A DNA stretch of 64,000 nt. Source: an uncultured Gemmatimonadaceae bacterium (GTDB taxonomy: Bacteria; Gemmatimonadota; Gemmatimonadetes; Gemmatimonadales; Gemmatimonadaceae). The stretch covers positions 672,001 to 736,000 of the forward strand of contig CAVUDW010000003.1 of assembly GCA_963740355.1 (NCBI GenBank), read 5' to 3'. Below are positions 52,755-62,141 of the stretch, in pieces (the first letter of the stretch is position 1; every line of letters starts with the position of its first letter). The notes beneath the pieces were generated by a model that had not been told where the DNA came from, did not search any database, and saw only the letters and a program-made list of their open reading frames with translations. Made by a program: the position numbers and the translations under genes.

Positions 52755-52850
52755 GTCTTACCCGGGTTGCTGCTGCCAATGCGGCCGGCCATTGTTGAGC
52801 AGGATTAGGATCAGAAAGCCGCATTGCAGCAGAACCCCGTTACGTTGGCC
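52755..52850 (+). other. attC-like site
   Basis: GTCTTAC-CCGGGTTGCTGCTGCCAATGCGGC…GCCGCATTGCAGCAGAACCC-CGTTAC-GTTGGCC, an imperfect hairpin with unpaired bases. Confidence 0.65.
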
Positions 52851-52907
52851 CGAACCTAGAGGTGCGTCACATGCCATCGTATTCCAAGGCGAGCACCGTC
52901 GCGATCG

Positions 52908-53222
52908 TTGCGGCTCTCGCTGTTGACGTTCGGCGCCGTCGCGATCGTCCGGCCTGCGATGATTGGCTGGACTATGCTTATCGGGTTCGGGGGTGCAGGG
53001 CTTGTCTTTTTGCTCGGTGCGGGAGGCGTTGCGCGCCGACGTACTTCCGTGGCGTTTGGCGTGTACATGATCGTCTGCGCGGCGAAGTTTGGTACGGCAT
53101 TCGGTGGACCGGTCGCACCGCGATGGTTCGGGCGCTCGCTCACGCCACTGCTGCTCCTCGCAGTCGCGTGGTTCATTTACGAGTCGCGTCAAGACCGTGC
53201 TGGTAGCGTGCAGAGAGTTTGA
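52908..53222 (+). CDS. Hypothetical membrane protein (cassette-like, possibly 5'-damaged)
   Basis: Four hydrophobic segments, lying between attC-like sites. Confidence 0.4.
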   Translation: MRLSLLTFGAVAIVRPAMIGWTMLIGFGGAGLVFLLGAGGVARRRTSVAFGVYMIVCAAKFGTAFGGPVAPRWFGRSLTPLLLLAVAWFIYESRQDRAGSVQRV

Positions 53223-53351
53223 GCACGCCCCTTTTGGTGGCAAGGCACGCCAGCAGGTGCACCGTGGGTTGGCCGACGGTCTACCCCGATTGTCGGTTCA
53301 GGCTAACGCAGTTTCGTTAGGCCGATCCCAACCATTCATGTGAGGTGAGTC

Positions 53352-53843
53352 ATGTTGCAACCGACCGTTCGGGTTTTTGCGCTCGTGCTGTCCGTGATCA
53401 TCGTGGCTCCCGCTCGCGCGCAGCGCAGCGAGGTGCTGTCACGGGCGCCGGCGCTGCACTGGACATTTGAGCAGCCGGAACCCGCAGCGCGAAATGAGCG
53501 GTCGAAGCCGCAGAGCCCGGCTGCGGTGGATCTTCTCCCCGTGTGCGCCATGCCAACGGCAGGCGCCGCATCAGTCGAAAGCGCGCCGATGCCAATAGCA
53601 CGCAGCGACTCGGCAAGGATGGACCGCATGCCGATCGTGCCGTCGCACTGCCGGATAGCGCGGACCGAGTCTTTTGCCCCGCTGGTGTGGACAGCCTCCG
53701 CCGTCGATCCTCGGCCTGCCTGCACCATGCCCGTGGCGCAGGCCGGCGATGCCGACAATATGCCGATGCCGATCTCGCGCACCGACACGACGAGACTCGT
53801 GCCGATGCCGGTTGCGCCATCGCAGTGTCGCAACGTACCGTAG
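53352..53843 (+). CDS. Secreted protein with two Cys-bracketed Met-Pro-rich repeats
   Basis: RBS GAGG, signal peptide (ARA/Q), and CxMP…MP…MP…CR twice. Confidence 0.65.
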   Translation: MLQPTVRVFALVLSVIIVAPARAQRSEVLSRAPALHWTFEQPEPAARNERSKPQSPAAVDLLPVCAMPTAGAASVESAPMPIARSDSARMDRMPIVPSHCRIARTESFAPLVWTASAVDPRPACTMPVAQAGDADNMPMPISRTDTTRLVPMPVAPSQCRNVP

Positions 53844-54000
53844 GCGCGCACATCTACCGCGGACGTAGCGCCCAGTAAGCAAGAGTTCGGTCGGTACCCT
53901 GCATCGGCTTACGCCCTGTCTCGTTAGACCGCTCCGCTCGTCGCGCCCCGAGCACCAGAGACTGGTGAAACCCAGCCGCTGGGTTTCGTGTATCCAGACG

Positions 54001-54264
54001 ATGACTACCGTGCTGGTGGTCGCGGGGTTCCGTGTCCGCATCCTGCTCCCACCGCGGGAGCATCCGCCACCGCACGTCCACGTGACGCGCGGTGGCGCTG
54101 AGGTCGTACTCTTGCTGCCGGACGGGCGGGCCGGCGTCGTGGTGCGCACCGTCTACCGCATGCGCGATGCGGATGTCATCGCGGCCGTTCGACTGGTAGA
54201 GTCGAACGCGGACCTGCTCCTACACGCCTGGAGGACCTATCATGGCGATTCGACGACTGAGTGA
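54001..54264 (+). CDS. DUF4160 domain protein (putative TA component)
   Basis: M.TV…GFRVRI…REHPPPHVHV…W...HG. Confidence 0.85.
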   Translation: MTTVLVVAGFRVRILLPPREHPPPHVHVTRGGAEVVLLLPDGRAGVVVRTVYRMRDADVIAAVRLVESNADLLLHAWRTYHGDSTTE

Positions 54265-54712
54265 TGCAGAAATCCTGCAGCAAATTCCGCCCGCCCGTGT
54301 GGCGGAGCAGGCAGCTCGCAAGCGCGGCCACCGGGCGCGTGCCGTCCGGTTTGATCGGGCGAAGGGACGAGTCGTGCTGGAGCTCTCGAGCGGTGTGCTG
54401 TTTGCTTTCCCGATTGCCGGCATACCAGCATTGCGCCGTGCAACGCCGGCGCAACTCGCGCAAGTAGAAACGAATGCGTCGGGCAGCACGCTGCGGTGGA
54501 ATGCCATAGACGTGGACATGAGCGTCGCCGGGTTGTTGCTGGCGGCGGTTGATCCGGCGGAGCGGCGGCGATATCTCGCATCGCTCGCCGGGCACGCCAC
54601 CTCGCCCGCCAAGGCGGCGGCCGCACGGGTCAATGGTGCAAAAGGCGGCCGGCCGCGGAAGGCGGCGAGTGGCGCGTTGCCGACGCTACGGCGCAAACCG
54701 ATCGCGGGCTAA
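54242..54712 (+). CDS. DUF2442 domain protein (putative TA partner)
   Basis: L.SG…FP…P.L..AT..QL..V…G..L.W..IDVD.SV.GL and a S.AKAAAAR.NGAKGGRPRK tail. Confidence 0.85.
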   Translation: MAIRRLSDAEILQQIPPARVAEQAARKRGHRARAVRFDRAKGRVVLELSSGVLFAFPIAGIPALRRATPAQLAQVETNASGSTLRWNAIDVDMSVAGLLLAAVDPAERRRYLASLAGHATSPAKAAAARVNGAKGGRPRKAASGALPTLRRKPIAG

Positions 54713-54773
54713 CCCAGTTTCGTTCGCGGTTTCCGCCCCAGTTCCGCTTGACGCCAGCAGGTGGTCGGGTGCG

Positions 54774-54787
54774 TCTTACTCGTAAGA
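54774..54787. promoter_or_regulatory. Palindromic operator TCTTAC-TC-GTAAGA upstream of the AbrB antitoxin
   Basis: Perfect 6-bp inverted repeat overlapping a -10-like TAAGAT. Confidence 0.5.
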
Positions 54788-54805
54788 TTCACTCCCCGAG
54801 CCCGT

Positions 54806-55069
54806 ATGGCCGACGCTGCCACCACGACCCTGTCGTCCAAAGGACAGGTCGTCATCCCTGAAGAGATTCGCGCCCGGCTTGGGCTCAAGACCGGCGCTCA
54901 GTTCGTCGTGGTCGGCGACCGGGACGTGGTCATCCTCAAGGTGCTCGAGCCCCCAGCGCTGTCGGAGTTTGCCGCCCTGACGGCCACGGCGCGTCGGGCC
55001 GCCAGGAAGGCCGGGCTCACACGACGGGATGTGACGAAGGCGGTGACGAAGGTGCGGCGCGGCAAATGA
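54806..55069 (+). CDS. AbrB/MazE family antitoxin
   Basis: TTLSSKGQVVIPEEIRARLGLKTG. Confidence 0.9.
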   Translation: MADAATTTLSSKGQVVIPEEIRARLGLKTGAQFVVVGDRDVVILKVLEPPALSEFAALTATARRAARKAGLTRRDVTKAVTKVRRGK

Positions 55070-55476
55070 GAGTGGTCGTGGACACCAACGTGCTGGTGTC
55101 CGGCCTGCTCTTCGGCGGGGTGCCTGAGTAGATCCTGGTGGCGTGGACATCCGGCGCGTTCGTGCTTGTTGTGGCAAGTAGCTGTGCGCTTGCGCTCGTG
55201 CTGCTTGTCGGCGAACGCCTACTAGCCTCCGACGACGAAGTGTTTGCTATCAGCCGGAATACTTTTGCTTTCTGGATTGCGACTGGCGCCGTCGCAGTTG
55301 TCTGCGGAGTTCGCGGCGGACAGCGCCTGCTGCACACGCGGGACTCCCACGGCGATGTGAGACAGTATGCGCGTGACCGGAGACGCACCTACCGCGTTCG
55401 CGTGCGAAATGTGCCGCCGGGAGGGGGCAGTTCGAACACATTTGACCTTATTCTCCTCGACCCGCCGATTCCATGA
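55066..55476 (+). pseudogene. PIN-domain toxin pseudogene fused to unrelated sequence
   Basis: MRVVVDTNVLVSGLLFGGVPE*ILVAW, with TAG at 55129-55131. PIN similarity ends near 55170. Confidence 0.8.
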
Positions 55477-55603
55477 TTCAGCGCGACAGGCGATGGCTAG
55501 CGGTCAGGCCGGGGCGCACGCACGCGGGTTACGGGCAATGCGCTGTGCTCAGCGTCGCGCTGCAGCAGCCACCTGACTCGGCAGGCCACTTCGCTCGGTA
55601 TCT

Positions 55604-56183
55604 GATGCCTGCCTCAAACTGCCTCCGACGTCGAGCAAGTGTGCTCGCTAGCGCAGCGCTCCTTGTTTGCATGAACCTGCGCGCACAGCCCGTTGAGCGA
55701 TCAGTGGGGCTCGGCCTCACGTTGCCCGCCGGAGACTACGCGAAGTTCCGGACGATCGGTCCAGCCGTGCGCGCTGGTGTCGCGTTCGGTGATCCAGACA
55801 CACGGCACGTCCGACTGCGCCTCGAGTTCGAAGCGGCGTGGCTACTGTCCCGCGGATCGAAACCGGGATTTGCGAACTCGGACCCAGGTTCACTCACGGC
55901 GACGAGTTTCCTGGCATCCGCCGTTTTCGGTCGTCGTCCCCGCGAGGGATTTGCGCCCTACTTCATCACTGGCGTCGCGCTGCAGAGCCTGACAATACCG
56001 GGAAGGCGCAATCCGTATGGATCGACTATTGGGTTGCGCGTTGGTGCGGGCATGGAGCGCCGCGTGGCCGCTCGACACTACTTCGTCGAGATCGCGCCAC
56101 ACCTGGCTCTGACTGACTTTGGCACGGGAGGCGATTTCGGCACGGCTGCGTACGTGCCGCTCGTGGTCGGCCTGCGCTTCTAG
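55604..56183 (+). CDS. Small outer-membrane beta-barrel-like protein
   Basis: Signal-like N-terminus, alternating beta strands, APYF..G and C-terminal VPLVVGLRF. Confidence 0.65.
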
Positions 56184-56262
56184 TTTGCAACCTGCTCGCC
56201 GTGTGGTCGCAGCTCCGCTCCGGTACGTGACAAGGCAATCAAGCTGGAAACCTTAGCGCCAC

Positions 56263-58899
56263 TCAGCGCCCCAGGAACGTGCGCGCCGCAGCCGTCACTG
56301 GGTGCGTCGGGCCGTAGCCATTGGTCAACGCCGTCACCGCCCGCTCCGCAGTACGCATCGCGTCAGCCTGCGCGCCCTGAGCGCGTTGTACGCGCGCATG
56401 CAAGAAGTCCGCGTGGCCCACGATGGCGCTGCGCGTCGATGCCAGCGAGTCCACTATCGCCAGCGTCCGCACGCGTGATGCCGCGGCGTCGGCACCTTGC
56501 AGGTCACCGTCGATGAATCGCCACTCGCCGAGCGTTAGCATCGGGAAGATGAAGAACGCCCGCGGAATGGACGCATCGGGCCAGAGCGAGTCGATAGCGA
56601 CGGCGAGGCGCTTCACTGGTTGCAGGGAATCGCCGGTTTGTCGGGCGATGCGCAGGCGCACCCATTCGCGTGTGAGCCAGTGCCACGGATACAGCACTTC
56701 GGCGCGTGATGCGAGGAGGCTGGCATCCTGGACGCGACCACTTTCGAGCGCGGCCCATGCGGCGTTTACGTCGTTGGTGACCTTCGCATTCTCCCCGAGA
56801 GGACCTTGGGCGGCGAGCGCGATCCACTGGCTCGCCGAGTCCGTCAGGCCTGCTCGCAGCAGAACCTGTCCATACACGTGGGCGAGATACGGCGCCACCG
56901 GTGCAGCGCCGTTCTTGCGTTCCGCGCGCAGTACGATCGCACGATAGCTGGCAACGGCCTCCCGCATCTCCCCGAGGTCGAAGTACATCCGGGACATTGC
57001 TGCGGCGACGTTCGGTACAATCGGCGTGCCCAGATACCCCATCGATTCGGCCTCGGCGACAACACTGCGCTGCACCGCCAGTGCCTCCCTCGGGCGACCA
57101 GCCTTCTGAACGATGAGACCGAGACTGTTGAGGATGGCGAGTCGATTGAGCGATCGCTTCGACGCGCCCTCGCTGCGCTCCCCGTCGTCAAATACGACTA
57201 CGGCCTCTTTCAAGAGTGCGATGGCGCGTTCGTAGTCATTGTCCACCGCCGCCAGATCGCCTTCTGCCTGCAAGCAGAGGTGCGCATTCGCCTTCGGCCC
57301 GATCCGCGCCAGCGCTGCGCGACCTTCTGCAATGGCGGCCCGCGCCGAGTCGATCGCTCGCGTACGCATGAAATTTTCAGCGCGCGTGCACGAAATCGAC
57401 GCCGCGATGTCGAGTTCGCCCGCCGTGTAAGCGATGGCACGGGACCGGGCGAGCAGTGCAAGAGAGCCACCAACGTCGCCGTTTTCGAATAGTTGTCCCG
57501 CAAGGTCCGTCATTACGAGCGCAGCAGTGCGGGGTTCGGAGCCGAACTGTTGCTCGATCACGTCCACTGCGTGCATCAGGCGTCCGCGCGCATCGAGCGG
57601 CTTGCCGTCCACTCCAGGCGTGTCACTGGCAAGCACCTGCGCCGCCGCGAGGAAACCCTCCTGCGCGCGAAAATTTCGCTCGGCCACGCGCCGTTGCCGC
57701 TCCGCCTCCGACCGCTGGCGATAGGACACGACCGTCGCGGTGACCAGTGCAGCGCCCACCACGGCGGCGACCGCAAGTCCCACCCGATAACGCCTCGCGA
57801 ACTTCGCGGCGCGGTATCCCAAGGCATCTGGGCGGGCGGACACCGGCTCATGATTGAGCCAACGGCGCAAGTCGTCTGCCATCGCCGCAGCGGTCTCGTA
57901 GCGTTCCCCAGGCACCTTGCGCAGCGCCTTTCGCAGGATGGCATCAAGGTCGCCGAGTTCCGTGAGCGCGGGTTCCTGTTGCAACGCGCCCTGTGCGTAC
58001 TCCGCTCTGGTGGATGCGCCGCGAGCGGTTGGATGACGATTCGTGAGCAGCAGATACAGCATGACACCGGCGCTGTAGATGTCGGATGCCGGGCCAATCG
58101 CCTCGCCACGGAACTGTTCGGGCGATGCAAACGCCGGTGTCAACGCTTGATGCCCCTGCTCCGTCACGTCAGCGATGTTCCCTTCGCTGGCGATGAGGCG
58201 CGCGATCCCGAAGTCGAGCAACTTCACCGTACCATCTCGCGTGACCAACACGTTCGACGGTTTCAGGTCGCGATGCACGATCAGGTTCGCATGCGCATGT
58301 CCGACTGCGGAGAGGACCTGCAGCATAAGCTGTACGCGCTGCGCGATAGTAACGGTTGTGCGCGTGGCGTACGCATCGATCGGTTCGCCGTCGATGTATT
58401 CGAGCACGAGGAATGGCTGACGCTGATCGCTCACTCCCGCATCGAGCAGACGCGCAACATTCACGTGTGCAAGTCGAGCGAGGGCCGTCCCTTCGCGACG
58501 GAAGCGCTCGATCCCCGAGCGCCCGATCAGCGACAGGTTGAGGAGCTTGACCGCGGCCGATCCTTCAAAGCTGCCATCTGCCCGTGTTGCGAGCCACACA
58601 CTCCCCATGCCGCCGTGCCCGATGGGCCGATCGAGCATCCAGGCGCCAATCCGCATCCCGGCCAGCGACGGTTCGCGTTCGAGCATCGCTGCCAGTGAAG
58701 GCATCGCGGCGAGGGGCGCGGAACCAGCGCCCTTCCAGGTATCGCCAGACCGGAGAATCTCGCCGAGGGCCTGCACGACCGTCGCGCTTTCACGCTGCAA
58801 GTCATTCAGCCATCGGGTTCGGTCCTCCGGCGGAAGATCCAGCGCCTGATCGAGCAGTGGACTGAGTCGCGCGTACAACGATTCCGACAGCGATGACAT
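56263..58899 (-). CDS. Hanks-type Ser/Thr protein kinase with a TM helix and TPR-like C-terminus
   Basis: IGHGGMGSVW, AVK, HRDLKPSN, LLDFGIA, LTPAFASPEQ and SDIYS.G. Confidence 0.93.
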   Translation of the reverse strand: MSSLSESLYARLSPLLDQALDLPPEDRTRWLNDLQRESATVVQALGEILRSGDTWKGAGSAPLAAMPSLAAMLEREPSLAGMRIGAWMLDRPIGHGGMGSVWLATRADGSFEGSAAVKLLNLSLIGRSGIERFRREGTALARLAHVNVARLLDAGVSDQRQPFLVLEYIDGEPIDAYATRTTVTIAQRVQLMLQVLSAVGHAHANLIVHRDLKPSNVLVTRDGTVKLLDFGIARLIASEGNIADVTEQGHQALTPAFASPEQFRGEAIGPASDIYSAGVMLYLLLTNRHPTARGASTRAEYAQGALQQEPALTELGDLDAILRKALRKVPGERYETAAAMADDLRRWLNHEPVSARPDALGYRAAKFARRYRVGLAVAAVVGAALVTATVVSYRQRSEAERQRRVAERNFRAQEGFLAAAQVLASDTPGVDGKPLDARGRLMHAVDVIEQQFGSEPRTAALVMTDLAGQLFENGDVGGSLALLARSRAIAYTAGELDIAASISCTRAENFMRTRAIDSARAAIAEGRAALARIGPKANAHLCLQAEGDLAAVDNDYERAIALLKEAVVVFDDGERSEGASKRSLNRLAILNSLGLIVQKAGRPREALAVQRSVVAEAESMGYLGTPIVPNVAAAMSRMYFDLGEMREAVASYRAIVLRAERKNGAAPVAPYLAHVYGQVLLRAGLTDSASQWIALAAQGPLGENAKVTNDVNAAWAALESGRVQDASLLASRAEVLYPWHWLTREWVRLRIARQTGDSLQPVKRLAVAIDSLWPDASIPRAFFIFPMLTLGEWRFIDGDLQGADAAASRVRTLAIVDSLASTRSAIVGHADFLHARVQRAQGAQADAMRTAERAVTALTNGYGPTHPVTAAARTFLGR

Positions 58900-59130
58900 G
58901 AAAGCGGTGTTGGAGACCTGGATCGCCCAGCGGCAGAGACCAGCGTAGACATCACGGCTCACCAAGAATCACCTCGGGACCACCGTTGCCAAGTGCCCCG
59001 CGTCAGATGGCCGGGCCATCGAACCGAAGCACACACGTCTCAGGAATCGAAAGATCTGGGCCGAAGGCGACAAGACCTGCCAGTGATCGGCAGCCGCGGA
59101 GGCTCGGCGACGAATGCACTGTCACCGCAT

Positions 59131-59428
59131 TCGGTGGCACTCTGCGCGGATTACAGGGCGTTACCCTGCGCGCGTAGGGGCGACCAAGCCTGCTGGGAGT
59201 GCTCGGCCGAAAATCGGCGTTGTGCAGCAATCTCGGAGGGCGTGGTGCGGACTGGGACGGCGACGTGGAATCGCAAGTCGTTGGTTTGACTGGAGATACC
59301 TCGGCCGCTTCGTCTGGGAGGGGAGGACGATACGCCCGGATTGCGGTGACGTATGGCGCTGGCGGCGCAGTGGTGCGCAGCTATAGAATCAGGCGACTGG
59401 TTCTATTCTGTATAATTATGGATTCGGC
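59131..59428 (+). repeat. ~300-bp integron Pc/attI-like platform, copy 2
   Basis: Diverged repeat of 52008-52308. Contains TAGAAT at 59384 and ends GTATAAT-N5-ATTCGGC. Confidence 0.6.
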
Positions 59429-59588
59429 GGCGACCAACACAGCCTCCCGTTGAATGTTCCCGAGCGATACCCTCCCTCGAACTCGTAACCCTCGACGTAC
59501 ACGAGACCGTGGCTTCGTCGCGGCGGTTGGAACGTTGATGCCCAAGCGATCGTCACGCACACCGAGCGGCCGCACAACGCGCCCGGCC

Positions 59589-59961
59589 ATGGAACGGCTG
59601 GCACGTGGCTTAGCCATCGCGTCCTGCTGTGCATTCGCTGCCTGTAACGACGGCCCAACCGCAACGCCCACACCCGTCACACGCGGTGCGCCCGGCATCA
59701 CCATCTGCGCCGGTCGACTGGCCGGCGTCGCGACGCGGCAGCTTGCAAGCGGCTGGTGGGTTCACGAGGCTAGAGCTCAGCACGGTGTGGCTCCCGGCCG
59801 ATGTGCGTCCATCAGCGACACTCCAGCAGGTCGCCGCAGCGTGTCGGGCGTCCATCGACGTCGACACAGCGAAAGGCCACGGGCTTGACGTCACACTGAC
59901 GCGACATGGAGCGCAAGCGGCACTGCAGCTTCGCTTGCCGGAATGCGAGGTCCTGCAGTGA
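59589..59961 (+). pseudogene. Possible frameshifted lipoprotein cassette
   Basis: MERLARGLAIASCCAFAAC lipobox, with a plausible continuation in another frame to TGA 59961. Confidence 0.35.
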
Positions 59962-60032
59962 ACGTGGGTCGCGCTAGTCTGCGTCGGTTTGCCAGCTACT
60001 TAAGCGATACGCTGAACACGAACCTCAAATAC

Positions 60033-60707
60033 ATGATTCGCCAGCGTTCGATTGTCTCTCTTCTGCTCATCCTCGCAGCTGCTGCGCCCGCTGCAACGGC
60101 TCAGGTATCGCGTGAGGTGCGCCTACCTACGCGCACGGACACACTCGTGGCACGCTACGGCACCACGATCATCGGTCGTGGGATCACGGCGCGCGCCTAT
60201 CGCGGAGGCGAGTTGCAGCAGGCCTACGTGTGGCAGAGCGCCGCCGATGGATCGAGCACCACGGATTCGCTTTGGCTCGACACCATGTCGGTGCAACCGT
60301 GGCGCGAAGTGCGGGTTATTTCTGACACCGCAGTGCGCATCACCTTTGGGAAGGGTCGTGTAGACGTTCGTACGATAGTCGCCGGACGCGAGACCAGTCG
60401 GCGTGGCATCAGTGCCCCGACGCCGTACCACTCGTCTGCCTCACTCGAGGTGATCGCCGCCAGTATGCAGATGCAAGTGGGAGCGACGGCCGACGTGAAT
60501 GCATACTATGCGCCGCCATCCAACTTGGGGTTTCAGGTGATCCGCCTGCGCGTCGTCGCCCGCGACACGGTGCGCGGCACGGATGCCTGGCGTGTCGTTG
60601 CGAGCACGCCGACCGGTAGTACCACATTCTGGATCAGCGCAACAAGTCGTGAGGTGTTGCAGTATGACGTCCGTGAAGGAGCGGCGCTGATCACATTTCG
60701 TCGCTAG
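60033..60707 (+). CDS. Secreted beta-rich hypothetical protein (DUF3108-like)
   Basis: Signal peptide (ATA/Q), DS…D…L.P and DAWRV…TFWI. Confidence 0.65.
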   Translation: MIRQRSIVSLLLILAAAAPAATAQVSREVRLPTRTDTLVARYGTTIIGRGITARAYRGGELQQAYVWQSAADGSSTTDSLWLDTMSVQPWREVRVISDTAVRITFGKGRVDVRTIVAGRETSRRGISAPTPYHSSASLEVIAASMQMQVGATADVNAYYAPPSNLGFQVIRLRVVARDTVRGTDAWRVVASTPTGSTTFWISATSREVLQYDVREGAALITFRR

Positions 60708-60710
60708 TTC

Positions 60711-60807
60711 ATCCTACCAATCGTCGCGGCGGCCAATGCGACCCGTTGTACGTGAGTAGGAGAAGGTTTCGTGTGGTCGCGTTGCAGTCGGCGCGGTTCC
60801 GTTAGAT
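60711..60807 (+). other. attC-like site (degenerate)
   Basis: ATCCTAC…GCCAATGCGACC…GGTCGCGTTGC…GTTAGAT, starting just after a stop codon. Confidence 0.55.
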
Positions 60808-60837
60808 GCTAGTTCCACCCGAGAAGCGAGTTGTCTG

Positions 60838-61335
60838 GTGACGCGTATCCTGCGCGGGGCGATGTGTGGTCTGGCGCTCTACGCCGCAGCGTGTGCCCGC
60901 ACCGCGCCGCCGTTTATCGCCGATGCTGGATCAACCACCATCAACATCAGTGAACAGGCCGCGGCCGCTGGATTCCATCCCGACGCTTGGGTCGCATCCA
61001 TGGGCGCCGTTGCGGCGGTGGAAATCCAGAATCAACCGGTCCGCGTGGTCCATGTAGTGCCGAGCCGGCTGCGGGTGCGTCTCGGAGACACGATTGCGCC
61101 ACTCCACGTGATTCGCGTGAGCGGTCTGGATTCAGCCGGGACAAACATCCCAGGCGTGACACCGCTGTTCGGCCCGTTCCGCCCAAGGGGCGTCGTACGT
61201 CCGCTTCCAAATGGGCTGTGGCTCGCGGAGCGCGTCGGTCAATCGGACGTTGAGGTTCGCGTCCTACGGATTGCCCACGTTGTGAGCAACGACACCGCGA
61301 TGGTTCGGTCGGTGACGGTAGAAGTTGTGCCGTAG
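60838..61335 (+). CDS. Hypothetical lipoprotein (cassette-like)
   Basis: YAAAC lipobox and an Ig-like beta-rich C-terminus. Confidence 0.55.
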   Translation: MTRILRGAMCGLALYAAACARTAPPFIADAGSTTINISEQAAAAGFHPDAWVASMGAVAAVEIQNQPVRVVHVVPSRLRVRLGDTIAPLHVIRVSGLDSAGTNIPGVTPLFGPFRPRGVVRPLPNGLWLAERVGQSDVEVRVLRIAHVVSNDTAMVRSVTVEVVP

Positions 61336-61344
61336 GGCGGGCGA

Positions 61345-61442
61345 ATTCAACCCCGGGTTGCTGCTGGCGCTGCGGCCGACGTATTCTGAGCAGGAGAGCC
61401 ATTTGTCTGCCGAAGCTGCAACAAAACCCAGTGTGGTCAGAC
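61345..61442 (+). other. attC-like site
   Basis: ATTCAAC-CCCGGGTTGCTGCTG…GCTGCAACAAAACCC…GTCAGAC, the same family as the site at 52755. Confidence 0.6.
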
Positions 61443-61478
61443 CTCACGCCAATCGCATCGGCACAAGATCCCATACCC

Positions 61479-62141
61479 ATGATGAGTCGACCGTTTCGAT
61501 GGGTGCGGCAGTACGGTGTGCTCGTTGCGGTCACTGCGCTGAGCCTGTACTACCTCTACCGAGCGGTCCACTACCGGTTTGTAGTCCCGGATCGACTTGG
61601 GCCTGCCCTGTTCAACAAGCAGGTGTGGTACGTCTCGCACCTGCTATTCGCCCTACCCGTCGTCCTCGGCGCGCCATTGCAGTTCATCGCACCCCTGCGA
61701 CGACGAGCACCGCAGTGGCATCGGGCGATCGGCAAGTGCTACGTCATTGGTGCGTCCGGTGCAGCCGTCTTGGCGATATACCTCGGGGCGATTGTCGGCG
61801 AGTATGAAGGCTCGAGGCTTTCCATCGCACTCACGGGACTGCTGTGGCTGTTCTTCACGCTGGCGGCGTGGCGGTTGGCCGTGGCGAAGAACTTCGCTGC
61901 CCATCGCGAATTCATGATTCGCAGCTACACGATGGCGCTCGTGCTCGTATGGTTGCGGCTGATGTACGACTGGCAGGACCTCCTGTTCTTTTACGTTACA
62001 AATCCAGACTTACGCGACGCGACGCGCGAATGGGCATCGTGGGTTGTGCCGCTCCTCGCGGTCGAGATGTGGCTGGCCTGGTACCCGGCCATCCGCAAGG
62101 GCCGAACGGCAGGTCCAAGTCCGGGGCCGCGCCAAGTGTAA
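61479..62141 (+). CDS. DUF2306 domain membrane protein
   Basis: H…G..QF...LRRR.P.WHR.IGK.YV and HREFMIRSY. The stop TAA lies inside the attC R'' box. Confidence 0.85.
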   Translation: MMSRPFRWVRQYGVLVAVTALSLYYLYRAVHYRFVVPDRLGPALFNKQVWYVSHLLFALPVVLGAPLQFIAPLRRRAPQWHRAIGKCYVIGASGAAVLAIYLGAIVGEYEGSRLSIALTGLLWLFFTLAAWRLAVAKNFAAHREFMIRSYTMALVLVWLRLMYDWQDLLFFYVTNPDLRDATREWASWVVPLLAVEMWLAWYPAIRKGRTAGPSPGPRQV

